Positions 1 through 9,854 are shown, counted from the stretch's first letter. The stretch: DNA of 35,750 bases from a virus (IMGVR_UViG_2698536335_000014:1-35750); one strand, 5' to 3'. The notes: generated by a model not told the origin, from the letters alone. Made by a program: numbers and translations.

Positions 1-219
1 TCAAAGAGAGAGCGCCACCTGTCCTGATTTCATTGGATGCGGCTGAACCGGATTTGACTCTTTTGGCGTTGCAATCGAACGAACAAAAGTTTCATGGGTA
101 ACAAAAGTATGGCTGCAGTTAATGTTCTGGCACTGGTTGTAACGCTCTTTGGTCAATGAAGATACCTGAAAACTGCTGCGAGTATGGGCGGCACTTCCAC
201 ACAGTGGGCAAATCATCAT
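1..219 (-). CDS. ogr: Ogr/B-family zinc-finger late gene activator
   Basis: 72-aa product from ATG at 219 with SD ggggaga; MMICPLCGSAAH...CQNINCSHTF C4 zinc-finger pattern like P2 Ogr; track ORF starts at an upstream GTG. Confidence 0.8.
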   Translation of the reverse strand: MMICPLCGSAAHTRSSFQVSSLTKERYNQCQNINCSHTFVTHETFVRSIATPKESNPVQPHPMKSGQVALSL

Positions 220-309
220 TTTTCGAGTTCTCCCCATTTTTGCTAAATTCACAATAATGATACCGCATTATTCCATTTTGCAAACTTAAAAGTTCTCCAT
301 TGCGAAGAA

Positions 310-1410
310 TCATTCCATTTCGAAATCATCAATCCTCACTTCAAGCTCCAGACTGGTTGTAAAACCGTTATCGGGGCTGACGGTATGCGTCAGAGTCGTA
401 ATGGTCCATTCCGCATCATCTATCGGCTGTTTAAAGCCACTGACTTTCACTGGCATTTCCGTGTAGAGATCTGCCCGACCTTCTGCCAGTTGTAGCGAGA
501 ATGACGCAACGCCGCGTTGCAGGCGTTCCCACTGCATTTTCGCCGCCCGTTCGGCGTTGCTCCGGTTGGCATAGGTGCGATTAAGTACCAGCACGTTTTC
601 ATCTGTACCCACCAGGTAATCGCCCTGCTTCGCTTCCGGCTCTTTCTTCTGCTTCTTAGTCCTGCGCTTACGCTTCACCGTGGTGCTTTCATTCTTCGCG
701 GGTTCGCGGGTATGCAACCAGCTGGCAATTACGCCCGTGTAGGCTCCGCGATCTGCCAGGGTAAAGCGGTGACTGTCGCCGTCCTTACGTGTGATAGTGA
801 TAACCGGTAGTGGTTTACCGCTGGCGCTTTTACCCTGTCCCTGCCGGATGAATAACAGATTGCCATTTTTCACCGACGCAATAGCACCGTACTGGCGCGC
901 CAGCCGCATCAGAAAACTGCCGTCACTCTCATTGGTCTGGTCTATATGTTCCACGGGTTTATCTGACAGGTCTTTACCCAATGCCATCTTCAGTTTGTGC
1001 CGCACAGCTATTTCCTTCACCACTTCCCCAACGGTGGTCTTGTGCCACGACTTTTCACGGCGGGTATTCAGCGTTTCACGAAAATCAGCACTTCGCGCCC
1101 GGATAGTCAGGCGGTCCGGTGCGCCAGTGTGTTCAATCTCGTCCACCGTGAATGCCCCTTTCGGGAAAAGCGGCTGCCCCTTCCAGCCCAGCGCCAGCGT
1201 AATAACCGCACCACGGCGCGGCAGCACGATTTTTCCGTCGGCGTCGTCCAGCTCCAGATCAAGCTGGTCCGCTTCAAAGCCCCGATTGTCCGTCAGCGTC
1301 AAACTCATCAGGCGGTTATCCAGCACAGTGGTGATATCCCTGCCCTCAATACTGATGCTGAATGCGGGAGTTTTGTTGCCTTTGTTAAGCAGTTCAGAGC
1401 TGAAATTCAT
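310..1410 (-). CDS. D: tail protein gpD
   Basis: 366-aa ORF, ATG start, position between ogr and U as in P2; sequence resembles P2 gpD as I recall it. Confidence 0.85.
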   Translation of the reverse strand: MNFSSELLNKGNKTPAFSISIEGRDITTVLDNRLMSLTLTDNRGFEADQLDLELDDADGKIVLPRRGAVITLALGWKGQPLFPKGAFTVDEIEHTGAPDRLTIRARSADFRETLNTRREKSWHKTTVGEVVKEIAVRHKLKMALGKDLSDKPVEHIDQTNESDGSFLMRLARQYGAIASVKNGNLLFIRQGQGKSASGKPLPVITITRKDGDSHRFTLADRGAYTGVIASWLHTREPAKNESTTVKRKRRTKKQKKEPEAKQGDYLVGTDENVLVLNRTYANRSNAERAAKMQWERLQRGVASFSLQLAEGRADLYTEMPVKVSGFKQPIDDAEWTITTLTHTVSPDNGFTTSLELEVRIDDFEME

Positions 1411-1892
1411 GACAGCAGCCCTCCCACCGTTTTACTGATATCGCTTAAGGCAGACGTTGCTGTGTCCTGCAGATTATTCAGTTGCGCACTGAGATCACCG
1501 AATATATCGGACAGGGATTCATCCACCCGTTTGAGCGACAGGGTGAACTCAATCCGGCGCGGCATACCGTCGCGGAAAAACTCCGTTTTAGTCTGATTCA
1601 GTCCCTCAATCACATACATGCCATAAATCGTGCCACTGCCTTCAATCAGGGGCCATGCTTTCCCCTGTTCTGCCATCTGCTCCAGTGCCAGCAACGACAG
1701 CCTGCCACCTGTTATCTCCGGCATAAGAACACCGGAAAGCGTCAGCATGTCGTTGTCCGGTCCCAGAAACTGCGTGGACGGACGTCGGTTTACCCGGCTG
1801 TTTGCCGCATGTCGCCAGCTGCGTTGATACTGCAGCTCCTGATACGGTACGGTGCGCAGCATAAACACGTACAATCCCAGCACCATCATCAT
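1407..1892 (-). CDS. U: tail protein gpU
   Basis: 161-aa ORF overlapping D start by 4 nt; P2 gpU-like by position and sequence. Confidence 0.85.
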   Translation of the reverse strand: MMMVLGLYVFMLRTVPYQELQYQRSWRHAANSRVNRRPSTQFLGPDNDMLTLSGVLMPEITGGRLSLLALEQMAEQGKAWPLIEGSGTIYGMYVIEGLNQTKTEFFRDGMPRRIEFTLSLKRVDESLSDIFGDLSAQLNNLQDTATSALSDISKTVGGLLS

Positions 1893-4800
1893 GCGTCGTA
1901 TCCCCCCTGATCGCTGTAGTTACTCCTGGCTTTTGCCTTCAGCCTGCGTTCACGTTCATCAAGCTGGCGGGCCACCTCCCGCGCAATATCCTGCGCACTT
2001 TGTCCTGGCTGTGTCTGGATGATGATCTGCGTCGGTGCTTCAATCCGGTAAATGGGCGGCACAGTAGCTGCACGACTCACCATCGCTTCACCGCCTTTTG
2101 CGGGAAGCGCCAAAGGATGCAACGGTGGAAGCTCTGCTGGCGCGGCAGCAACACCCATCATTCCGGCGACAACGGCAGCCAGTGCAGCTGTATTTCTCCG
2201 GCTGGTCACGTTTGCCGGGCCGTTAACAATTTCCGGCCCGTTTTCACCGACGATGCCAAACTGCCCGCGCGGGATATAGCCGCCGCTGTCATACATCCCC
2301 GCAAAGCCATATCCCCATGACGGAAAATCACCCGATGGCATCATCACTTTACCGTCTGCATTCACCGTCGCAGGTTGCTGACGCGTCACGCTTTCCGGCA
2401 GTTTCGCCTTTGCAGCCTCTTTACTGACAATGCCGAGTTTCTCCAGCAACCAGGAAACGCCGGATTTCAGGGAGTCCAGCGGATGCATGACCATATTCAG
2501 CCCTTCTGCCAGTGCCTCCCCGAATCGTCGCCCCATTGCCGCTGCGCTCTGCAGTTCGGCAGAGGTCGACTTAACGGGCGTCAGCAGATCAGTAAACCAG
2601 CCCCACAGCGCCTGCACTTTGTCGCCAATCCACTGGAACACGGGCTTAAGCGGTTCGAACGCTGCACTGATGGGACCTGCCGCCGCTTTGAATCCTTCCA
2701 CCACGCCACCGAGAAATGCGGTGATGGGTTGCCAGTATTTCCAGACAACCAGCGCCACGCCCGCCAGTGCAGTAACCACAAGACCTATCGGACTGAGCAG
2801 AGCACCTAACAGACCAGATATGGCATACAGGGCAACGCGCAGCATCGCCAGTGGACCAGATGCCAGTACTCGCAGCACCGTGCCTGCGGCGGCCAGTCCA
2901 CCGCGCAGTGCCGCCAGAGGATTCATAAACATCACAGCAACAGCACGTAAACCGGATAATCCAGACCGCAAAAGTGCAACCGGCGCACCTGCTACAGTTT
3001 TCAGGACATTTCCCGTCAGTGATGCCGTGCGGCGCAAAGACGACAACGGCGCAGTAAGTAAACCTGCGGCGTTGCCCGATGAAGCAAGCCCGCGTCGCAG
3101 CAGTGCCAGTGGCGCGCCAGCCAGCCAGGACAACGCGCTGCTGGTTCGAGTTACTGCTGTCGTAACGGAAGATAACGTTTTGATACCCAACACAGAGAAT
3201 CCCAGACGGATCACTGCCAGCGGCCCCAGCACTGCAGCCAGCGCCACCGCTAAGGTGCCGAGGCCGACGGTAACCGCAGCCACAACAGCCGATGCTTTCA
3301 TCAGTGTGCCTGTCAGTTCCGGGTTAGCTTCCACCCAGCGACGCAACGCCCCCGTGACGCTTTTCACCGTGTACAGAATATCCATCAGCGGCTGGCGCAG
3401 CGTTTCGCCCAGGCTGCTGAAGGTGTTCTGCGCTCCGGTTTTGACCAGCAACCACTGCGCAGAAAGTGAATCCTTGTTAATGTCGGATTCTTTCTGCATG
3501 GAGCCGAGCGCATCATTGCCCGCTGTCAGTTTTAACTGACGCTGCAGTTCCGGCAGGTTGTTTGCCAGTTTCGCCGCGTCATCGCCAAACTCTTTACCAA
3601 ACAACATAGTCATGGCAGACAGGCGCTTGTCCTGCGGCAGCGCGTTTACCTTCTCCAGCACGCGCTGGATGGTTCCCATCGCATCCTTCGTCATCTGCTT
3701 TTCAATCACTTCAGGATTGAGTTTCAGCAGATTCATCCCTTCAAAGAAACTCTTGCTTTGCATGGTGGCAATGGACAATTCACGCACCATCGCGTTTGCT
3801 GCACTGGCTGCAACCTCTGGCGCAGCGCCCAGTGTCAGGAAGGTGGAACCCAGCGCCGCCGCTTTACGATAATCCAGACGGTCAGCCACACCGCCCAGAC
3901 GTTGCATCACATCAATGATGTCTGCCCCTTTCGACATGGCGTTATCATCCAGATAGTTCAGCGCATCACCGAGCTGTTCAATATTGCGGGTGGGGATTTT
4001 GTAGAGCTGGGCGATTTTCCCCAGACTTTCTGACAGTTCATCCGCTGGCAGCTCAAAGGCTGTTGCCGCCTTTGCTGCCGTACTGGCGAAGGCCAGCAGG
4101 TCACGTTTCTGATCTTCCCAGCTGTCGTCAGGGTTTGCGACGTTCATGCGCGCACCACCTTCAACCAGTGCAGCGAAGTCCACCGCACCGTTTTCCATTG
4201 GCAACTGTTCGCTGGCAGCCTTGATGGCATCCTGCATTTCATAAAAACGTGCAGTGCGGTTGCCATTATCGTCACGCAGACCATTGACCTGCTTTGCCAC
4301 ACCTTTCATGGCATCTTCCATGCTGGTATAGCTTTTTACTGCCGCCATCACTGGCGCACCCATTGCCAGCCCTGCAGCCGTGGTGGTGGCTCCGGCACCT
4401 GCAATACGATCACGCACCTCCAGCGAACGGGCATAACTGGCACGCGCTGCATTCATCCTGCGCTGAGCTTCCCCCAGTCGCTTCAGCCGCGCCTCCTGTT
4501 TCGAAAGTTCCTGGTTATAACGTGATGTTTCACGGGCTAAACGGGCAGTTGCTCCCGCATCGTCTTTCGCAGAAATTCCCGCCCGGTACAGTTCAGCACG
4601 CACAAGCGCCGTCTGCTGCTGCAGCTTTTTCTGGCGTTCTTCCAGGCGCTGAACAGCCAGCCGTTGACGGCCCAGAGCAACAACCTGACGTTGCGAAGGC
4701 GGCCCCATCGCTCCCAGTTCCTGACTGAGCAAATTTGCACGCTGGCGGGCATAGTTCAGCCTGTCGCCTAATTTCTGATTTTCTGCCTGCAGCTTTCGGA

Positions 4801-4966
4801 AGCTGTCCAGACTGCTCCCGGCCTGATCAAGCTGCTTTATTGCATCGCGGGATTTTTTGACAGCAGCAGCCAGTTCTCTTGAACTGGCCTGTGCAGATCG
4901 AAATGGGCGGGTGAGCTTGTCAACCGCATTAAGAATGACCTGCAGACGCAGGTTGTTATCACTCAT
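1889..4966 (-). CDS. T: tail tape measure protein gpT
   Basis: 1025-aa ORF with coiled-coil N-terminus and Ala/Gly/Leu-rich hydrophobic segments; directly downstream of E/E'. Confidence 0.9.
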   Translation of the reverse strand: MSDNNLRLQVILNAVDKLTRPFRSAQASSRELAAAVKKSRDAIKQLDQAGSSLDSFRKLQAENQKLGDRLNYARQRANLLSQELGAMGPPSQRQVVALGRQRLAVQRLEERQKKLQQQTALVRAELYRAGISAKDDAGATARLARETSRYNQELSKQEARLKRLGEAQRRMNAARASYARSLEVRDRIAGAGATTTAAGLAMGAPVMAAVKSYTSMEDAMKGVAKQVNGLRDDNGNRTARFYEMQDAIKAASEQLPMENGAVDFAALVEGGARMNVANPDDSWEDQKRDLLAFASTAAKAATAFELPADELSESLGKIAQLYKIPTRNIEQLGDALNYLDDNAMSKGADIIDVMQRLGGVADRLDYRKAAALGSTFLTLGAAPEVAASAANAMVRELSIATMQSKSFFEGMNLLKLNPEVIEKQMTKDAMGTIQRVLEKVNALPQDKRLSAMTMLFGKEFGDDAAKLANNLPELQRQLKLTAGNDALGSMQKESDINKDSLSAQWLLVKTGAQNTFSSLGETLRQPLMDILYTVKSVTGALRRWVEANPELTGTLMKASAVVAAVTVGLGTLAVALAAVLGPLAVIRLGFSVLGIKTLSSVTTAVTRTSSALSWLAGAPLALLRRGLASSGNAAGLLTAPLSSLRRTASLTGNVLKTVAGAPVALLRSGLSGLRAVAVMFMNPLAALRGGLAAAGTVLRVLASGPLAMLRVALYAISGLLGALLSPIGLVVTALAGVALVVWKYWQPITAFLGGVVEGFKAAAGPISAAFEPLKPVFQWIGDKVQALWGWFTDLLTPVKSTSAELQSAAAMGRRFGEALAEGLNMVMHPLDSLKSGVSWLLEKLGIVSKEAAKAKLPESVTRQQPATVNADGKVMMPSGDFPSWGYGFAGMYDSGGYIPRGQFGIVGENGPEIVNGPANVTSRRNTAALAAVVAGMMGVAAAPAELPPLHPLALPAKGGEAMVSRAATVPPIYRIEAPTQIIIQTQPGQSAQDIAREVARQLDERERRLKAKARSNYSDQGGYDA

Positions 4967-5395
4967 CGTTGGCCCCGCTTCTCTGAATCGCTTTATACCG
5001 CCATTCCAGCACTTCGGTCAGCGGCATAACGTCAGTAACGGATGGCGGCCAGTGAAAAATGGTGGCGATATCTGCCACCAGATCGTCAACCGTCAGGCTG
5101 TCGGTAAACCGGCAAGCACCGACTTCTTCAACAAAAAAGTGACAACCTCAACCGACATGGCAGTGAGATCTGCCGGGTCCATCTCTGCAATTTCCTGTGC
5201 AGTCAGTGCCGGACTGGAGATGCGGGGGATCACGGTCATCATCGCGTTTACATCCATATCCATAATGGCCTGCAGGCGTGTACCGCGCAGCGCACCGGAC
5301 TGCGGTTTACGCAGCACAATTTCGGTGATTTCTGTTTTACCGCGCTTGATGGGGGTATCCAGTTGAATGGTCTTTTCAGTCTGCTTATCGCTCAT
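4959..5395 (-). CDS. gpE+E' -1 programmed frameshift product (tail assembly chaperone)
   Basis: After a -1 slip at the TTTTTTG heptamer (minus strand, plus coords 5133-5139) the frame stays open to a TGA at 4959-4961, overlapping the T start codon, as in P2 E/E' and lambda G/GT. Confidence 0.6.
5093..5395 (-). CDS. E: tail assembly chaperone gpE
   Basis: 100-aa ORF upstream of T; contains slippery heptamer T-TTT-TTG in frame. Confidence 0.85.
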   Translation of the reverse strand: MSDKQTEKTIQLDTPIKRGKTEITEIVLRKPQSGALRGTRLQAIMDMDVNAMMTVIPRISSPALTAQEIAEMDPADLTAMSVEVVTFLLKKSVLAGLPTA

Positions 5396-5449
5396 TTTGC
5401 TGTCCTGTCAATTGGGTTCTGGCGCGGTATCCCGCGCCGTTCAGATATA

Positions 5450-5965
5450 TCAGAGGCCGAGGGCGTTGCGGTGCGCTTCCATCAGGTCCACACCGTCCAC
5501 AATTTCCACCATGTTGATAAGGTCCACTTCATAGAGCACCTCACCATTGATGGTCAGCTTCGCGTAGCTGTTGGTACTGGTCACTTTGGTGGTGTTGCTT
5601 TCGCCCGTCTTCCACTCGCCGGAATCCACTTCTTTGTGACGTCCACGCACGACAAGCTCCACGGCCTGCACTTCCCCGGTATCGTCACGCTGAATAGAGC
5701 CGGTAAAGCGCAGCTGGATGCCATCCACCGTGGCTTTACCCATCTGTTTAAACAGCAGCAATTCAGTACCACCAATGGAAAATTCTGTGTCCAGCGCACT
5801 GTCATCAAGCCCCAGGTCCACATCCACCGCACCCGGCATTCCGCCGCCGCGATACTTCTCATATTTGCGGGTAAATTTCGGCAGCGTCAGCGACTCAACG
5901 ATCCCCTGCCAGTTGTTCCCGTCGTTAAACAGGTTCAGGTGTTTTAATTTGCGTGGTAAAGCCAT
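5450..5965 (-). CDS. FII: tail tube protein gpFII
   Basis: 171-aa ORF, ATG start, P2 FII-like, downstream of FI. Confidence 0.9.
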   Translation of the reverse strand: MALPRKLKHLNLFNDGNNWQGIVESLTLPKFTRKYEKYRGGGMPGAVDVDLGLDDSALDTEFSIGGTELLLFKQMGKATVDGIQLRFTGSIQRDDTGEVQAVELVVRGRHKEVDSGEWKTGESNTTKVTSTNSYAKLTINGEVLYEVDLINMVEIVDGVDLMEAHRNALGL

Positions 5966-5974
5966 GTTGTCCCC

Positions 5975-7147
5975 TTACGCGCTGACCTGGCTGGCGAAAT
6001 TCACCAGGTACTGATCGGTGATGCGCTGACGCAGCATCAGGTTTTCAAGTGGCGGCACTGGCGTGTAGTCGTAGTCGATGGTGAGTTTTCCGGCTTTCAG
6101 CGTGTCTTTGTCGTTCACCGACTCATCCAGCCAGCAATCACCACCAATGAGATAGCCCTGACTGACCAGGCTGCGCATTTTGGCGCGGATACCTTCGATA
6201 ATGTCGCGGGCCAGCGACGGGTTAAGCGGTTTATCCACCGCCCACATGTGTGCTTCTGCCATCGTGTCCATCAGCACCTGCGCCGTGCGGGTGTAGTTTT
6301 CGAAGGCAAAGAGCGGGTCATCACTCAGGCAGCGGGAACCCCAGAAGCGGAAACCGTCTTTACGCACAAGCGTGGTGACGTCGTTCTGGTTCAGCAGACC
6401 TGCATCGGTTGCCGGGTCCTGCAGATCCCAGAACACATCTGCAGAAATTCCGGTGACACCGTTCACGCCCACGTTGGACAGGCTTTTGTGCCATCCGGTC
6501 TGCTCGTCAATTTTGGCGCGCAGACCAAGCGCACGGGCGGTGGTATATGCCGTTGCTTCGGCATTCAGCACCGTGTCCCAGCCAGTAAAGTCAGGCCAGA
6601 TCAGCATCCCTTCGCGCTGGCTGAAGTTTTCGCGGTAAGTGATCGCCTCCTGCACTGTCTTGCAGCCATACGCTGACAGGTAAGCAAATCCACGCAGGCT
6701 TTGCGCCACGCTTAGCAACTCAGTAGCTACCGCCTTGGTGTCGTGGCCTGGCACGCCGAGAATGCGCGGTTTAACGCCGAGCTGTGACTGGGCAGATAAC
6801 AGGGCTTTCATACCTGTTTTTTTACCTTCAGCAGTCACTGCGCCGATGATATTGGTCGTGGTTTCGTCTTCCGTTTCACCCTGCGGCACACGCACAACAA
6901 TGGTCACGGGTTTTGCCTGGTCAGCGATGGCATCCAGCGAACGGGCCAGAGTACCTGACTCACCCGCTTTACCGCTGGCAGTCAGCACATCAGTGATCAG
7001 CACGGGTTTATTAAGAGGAAACATTTTTGCATCGGCATCATCGCCCGTGCAGACCATACCCACGATGGCGGTGCTCACCGTGGTAATGGATCGAGTGCCT
7101 TCGTTGACTTCAACAACGCGCACCCCGTGGTGGTAATCCTGAGCCAT
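5975..7147 (-). CDS. FI: contractile tail sheath protein gpFI
   Basis: 390-aa ORF, ATG start, P2 FI-like. Confidence 0.9.
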   Translation of the reverse strand: MAQDYHHGVRVVEVNEGTRSITTVSTAIVGMVCTGDDADAKMFPLNKPVLITDVLTASGKAGESGTLARSLDAIADQAKPVTIVVRVPQGETEDETTTNIIGAVTAEGKKTGMKALLSAQSQLGVKPRILGVPGHDTKAVATELLSVAQSLRGFAYLSAYGCKTVQEAITYRENFSQREGMLIWPDFTGWDTVLNAEATAYTTARALGLRAKIDEQTGWHKSLSNVGVNGVTGISADVFWDLQDPATDAGLLNQNDVTTLVRKDGFRFWGSRCLSDDPLFAFENYTRTAQVLMDTMAEAHMWAVDKPLNPSLARDIIEGIRAKMRSLVSQGYLIGGDCWLDESVNDKDTLKAGKLTIDYDYTPVPPLENLMLRQRITDQYLVNFASQVSA

Positions 7148-7223
7148 AGTGGCGAACCTCCTGATTGGATTAGGCTTCGCCCTATGTTGAAGTGATTGTG
7201 CCTGACAAACAGCTAAGCGCAGT

Positions 7224-7241
7224 TGTACCGTTATTCACACA
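7224..7241 (-). promoter_or_regulatory. candidate Ogr-dependent late promoter element upstream of FI (TGT-N12-ACA)
   Basis: TGTACCGTTATTCACACA centred about 85 bp upstream of the FI ATG; near-identical to the element upstream of O (TGTACCGACAACCACACA). Confidence 0.5.
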
Positions 7242-7289
7242 AAATGACGGTATTTGTCTGCTTTCAGGGATAATCAAAATAAAGCTGAT

Positions 7290-7862
7290 TCAGGGAGATT
7301 TATTGCTCTTATTTGCCGGAAATTTTCGATAAATGGTAGAAACGCCTACATCAAAAATCAGTGCAATACGCTGTCTTGATTCTCCGGCCTCGAGTAAACG
7401 CCCAATCTGTGCCCACTGTTCGCTGGTCAACTTAGGACGGCGTCCACCTACTCTGCCCTTAGCACGAGCTGCAGCCAGCCCCGCCCTGGTACGTTCAACT
7501 ATCAGTTCGCGTTCCATTTCAGCCAGGGCACCCATGACATGAAAAAAGAAACGGCCCATTGGGGTGCTGGTATCAATACTGTCAGTCAGGCTTCGGAAAT
7601 TCACGCCACGCTGGCGCAGCTCTTCTATCAGCGTAACAAGATGCCGCATACTGCGCCCCAGTCTGTCCAGCTTCCAGACAACCAGCGTGTCTCCTGCCGA
7701 TAGTGTCCTGAGCAGCTTTTTCAGCCCCGGTCTGTCGGACTTGGTGCCACTGATTTTATCCTCAAAAATCCGCTCACATCCCGCACAGTTCAGTGCATTG
7801 CGTTGCAAATCGGTGTTCTGGTCATTTGTTGACACGCGTACATAGCCAATAAGCATGATCAT
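7290..7862 (-). CDS. serine DNA invertase (Hin/Gin/Cin/Pin family), copy 1
   Basis: 190 aa; N-terminal resolvase catalytic domain (GYVRVSTNDQ with catalytic Ser) and C-terminal HTH; ATG start. Confidence 0.9.
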   Translation of the reverse strand: MIMLIGYVRVSTNDQNTDLQRNALNCAGCERIFEDKISGTKSDRPGLKKLLRTLSAGDTLVVWKLDRLGRSMRHLVTLIEELRQRGVNFRSLTDSIDTSTPMGRFFFHVMGALAEMERELIVERTRAGLAAARAKGRVGGRRPKLTSEQWAQIGRLLEAGESRQRIALIFDVGVSTIYRKFPANKSNKSP

Positions 7863-7911
7863 CCCCCTGAATAAAAACCGGAGATGATGCCAGTTAGCCG
7901 TTATCTCTGCA

Positions 7912-7937
7912 TTTTCATAAACGTTGGTTTGGGAGAA
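7912..7937. other. invertase crossover site 1 (hix/gix/cix-like)
   Basis: TTTTCATAAACGTTGGTTTGGGAGAA, about 50 bp upstream of the invertase start; inverted relative to sites 2 and 3; imperfect dyad of the TTCTCCTAAACCAAGG type. Confidence 0.6.
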
Positions 7938-8285
7938 GCGGCGAAAAGGGATGTGGGCACAGGAGAAAATCAGATACCGGATATGTCATCCTGGAAAAGA
8001 AATCCGAGTTCTAATCGCTGGAGAAAATTGCCTGATGGAACCATCATTCAAATGGGAATATCAGCATCAGGGCCATTAGGCTCACCTGTAAATATCACCC
8101 TGCCGATATCTTTCAGCAATACCAATTATTGTGTTGTTGCATCGTACGATAATGCACGGTCAGGTGTGTCAACAATGGTTAGTTTTGCAGCATTACCTGT
8201 TTCACCATCGCAATTTTCCCTGATGTCATCTGTGACTGAGCAAGGAATAAATCCTTTTGCTTACTGGATTGCTTTTGGAGATTGA
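7938..8285 (+). CDS. alternative tail-fibre C-terminal variable segment (Sv'-like), no start of its own
   Basis: Open frame runs through site 1 (..GLGE|AAKRD..) in the same phase as H at site 3 (..GLGE|GSALP..); it would fuse to the H constant part after inversion. Confidence 0.55.
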   Translation, partial: AAKRDVGTGENQIPDMSSWKRNPSSNRWRKLPDGTIIQMGISASGPLGSPVNITLPISFSNTNYCVVASYDNARSGVSTMVSFAALPVSPSQFSLMSSVTEQGINPFAYWIAFGD

Positions 8286-8288
8286 TAA

Positions 8289-8708
8289 ATGGACAGATAC
8301 TTCTATTCACAAAAAGAAAATGGTTTTTTTACCGATTTAAATAAAGCACCTTCAGATGCTGTTGAGATAACCACGGATGAATGGCTGTCACTACTGGATG
8401 GTCAGGATAATGGCATGAAAATAGTCAGCAATCAGGAGGGATATCCGGTTTTGACAGAGCAACCACCTTTATCAAAAGAAAACCTTATTGCATTGGCAGA
8501 GTTGAAAAAAGGAAAACTTATTAATGAAGCCAACGAGCACATGAACAGCAGGCAATGGCCTGGTAAAGCGGCTATTGGTCGTCTGAAAGGTGAGGAACTG
8601 GCGCAATATAATTTGTGGCTGGATTATCTGGACGCACTGGAACTGGTTGATACCTCCAGTGCTCCAGATATTGAATGGCCTACGCCTCCGGCAGTTCAGG
8701 CCAGATGA
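8289..8708 (+). CDS. tail fibre assembly protein (U'/G-like), partner of the alternative fibre segment
   Basis: 139 aa; C-terminal motif (DTSSAPDIEWPTPP) shared with the convergent chaperone ORF at 8680-9282; ATG start 4 nt after the Sv' stop. Confidence 0.75.
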   Translation: MDRYFYSQKENGFFTDLNKAPSDAVEITTDEWLSLLDGQDNGMKIVSNQEGYPVLTEQPPLSKENLIALAELKKGKLINEANEHMNSRQWPGKAAIGRLKGEELAQYNLWLDYLDALELVDTSSAPDIEWPTPPAVQAR

Positions 8709-9282
8709 CATCCGGCGCGGTGCTGGTATCTGTTGCCGTCACCGCGTCAATGTAATCCAGCACGGCGTTAAGTCTGGTTGTTTCTGCCTGCGTCAGTTTA
8801 CGTCCGGCCTGTAATTTCAGCTGAATCAGACTAATGGAAGCCATTGCTGCATCAATCAGTGACTGGCGCTGTGCTTCTGCCGCGTCTACTGCGGCACTAT
8901 GCTGTGCCTCAGTATCTGTCACCCATTTCTCACCATCCCATTTATCGTATGGCGTTAACGGGACGATAGTGGTTGTATTTTCAGGGTAATCACCCGGAGC
9001 TGTGATTTCTTTTGATTCTCCCGTTTCGGTGTTATAGACAACTTCACCGCGATGGTCTGGCACATATTCCCATGAGTTAAAATCTGCAGAACGGCAGATT
9101 GCATAACCAGCTTTATGTGTAACTGGTGCATCTAAACAAGAACATGCCGGGATACCGACGCCAACCGCAAGATATTCAGTTGATGTGGAAATATATTCCC
9201 GCGTTTCACCATCATAATTATAAATGGTAATGTCTCCCGCTTTTATGGCAATGAGTTCGTTATTTAATACGGCTTTATTCAT
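8680..9282 (-). CDS. G: tail fibre assembly protein (gpG/U-like), full length
   Basis: 200 aa; ATG overlaps the stop of the upstream variable segment (TGATG); 3' end converges on and overlaps U'. Confidence 0.8.
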   Translation of the reverse strand: MNKAVLNNELIAIKAGDITIYNYDGETREYISTSTEYLAVGVGIPACSCLDAPVTHKAGYAICRSADFNSWEYVPDHRGEVVYNTETGESKEITAPGDYPENTTTIVPLTPYDKWDGEKWVTDTEAQHSAAVDAAEAQRQSLIDAAMASISLIQLKLQAGRKLTQAETTRLNAVLDYIDAVTATDTSTAPDVIWPELPEA

Positions 9283-9779
9283 CAGGCAGCTCTCACGATA
9301 TAATTAAAGGCAATGTTACGAGGACGGTTTTCGTTTGCAGTTGGAACAATTCTTGAAGCATCAAGGCCAATCACTTTTGGGTAAACAGCGCCATCTGTTC
9401 TTTCAGTCACCATACTTCTGATTAAGGAGAAATAACTATTGTTCGTTGAGGGATTCAAAGGCACCACTGCCCCCTTAAACGAGCCTACTGATTCCCATAT
9501 TGAATAATTTTCGGTGTTTACAGTCTTGAACTCACCATAGATATTACGTATGGCATCGCCCTGAGCGGATAATATTGCCCTCCCCGTATCCATACCACGT
9601 CCGTCATCCCAGCCACGAATAAACTCACCACGTAAATCAGGCAATTTATTTGTCGGGTAAGCCTTTGCCAGTTCTGGGTATTCTTCAGCAGAAAAAGCTG
9701 CTCCGTTGCATTTTAGCCAGCCTGTTGGCGGAGTGGCTGAGGGCCACGGAACAGGTACGCCAACAGGCAATGCTGAGCC
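9282..9779 (-). CDS. tail-fibre C-terminal variable segment A, copy inside the invertible segment (no start of its own)
   Basis: Identical to the C-terminal 166 aa of H (10979-12538); bounded upstream by site 2. Confidence 0.6.
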   Translation of the reverse strand, partial: GSALPVGVPVPWPSATPPTGWLKCNGAAFSAEEYPELAKAYPTNKLPDLRGEFIRGWDDGRGMDTGRAILSAQGDAIRNIYGEFKTVNTENYSIWESVGSFKGAVVPLNPSTNNSYFSLIRSMVTERTDGAVYPKVIGLDASRIVPTANENRPRNIAFNYIVRAA

Positions 9780-9805
9780 TTCTCCTAAACCAACGTTTAT
9801 GAAAA
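9780..9805. other. invertase crossover site 2
   Basis: TTCTCCTAAACCAACGTTTATGAAAA; its reverse complement matches site 1 except for one base. Confidence 0.6.
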
Positions 9806-9854
9806 TGCAGAGATAACGGCTAACTGGCATCATCTCCGGTTTTTATTCAGGGGG

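Larger units (their letters stand above)
7025..7937. repeat. left arm of a 913-bp perfect inverted repeat (FI 5' end + FI promoter + invertase + crossover site)
   Basis: Reverse complement equals 9780-10692 (position x pairs with 17717-x); checked at the FI ATG, invertase ends and both site ends. Confidence 0.85.
8995..9805. repeat. direct repeat copy 1 (U N-terminal 96 codons + variable segment A + site half)
   Basis: Same-strand duplicate of 10692-11502 at a 1697-bp offset; identity breaks inside the right half of the crossover sites. Confidence 0.8.

Noticed and set aside
1-252. 83-aa version of the ogr ORF and the overlapping 64-aa ORF at 119-313
   Set aside because: The track ORF starts at a GTG; an ATG at 219 with an SD gives a 72-aa Ogr-sized product. 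The 64-aa ORF is an out-of-frame overlap with no support.
791-1596. Plus-strand ORFs of 215 and 199 aa overlapping gene D
   Set aside because: Antisense to gpD; low-complexity composition; no independent support.
2430-3539. 369-aa plus-strand ORF (and several others at 2000-4728) inside the tape measure gene
   Set aside because: Antisense to a long, well-supported minus-strand gene; Ser/Ala/Pro/Arg-rich low-complexity translation typical of spurious ORFs in GC-rich coding DNA; no SD or start context.
7333-7845. Small ORFs antisense to the invertase genes (also mirrored at 9872-10384)
   Set aside because: Antisense to well-supported invertase genes; they appear twice only because of the inverted duplication.
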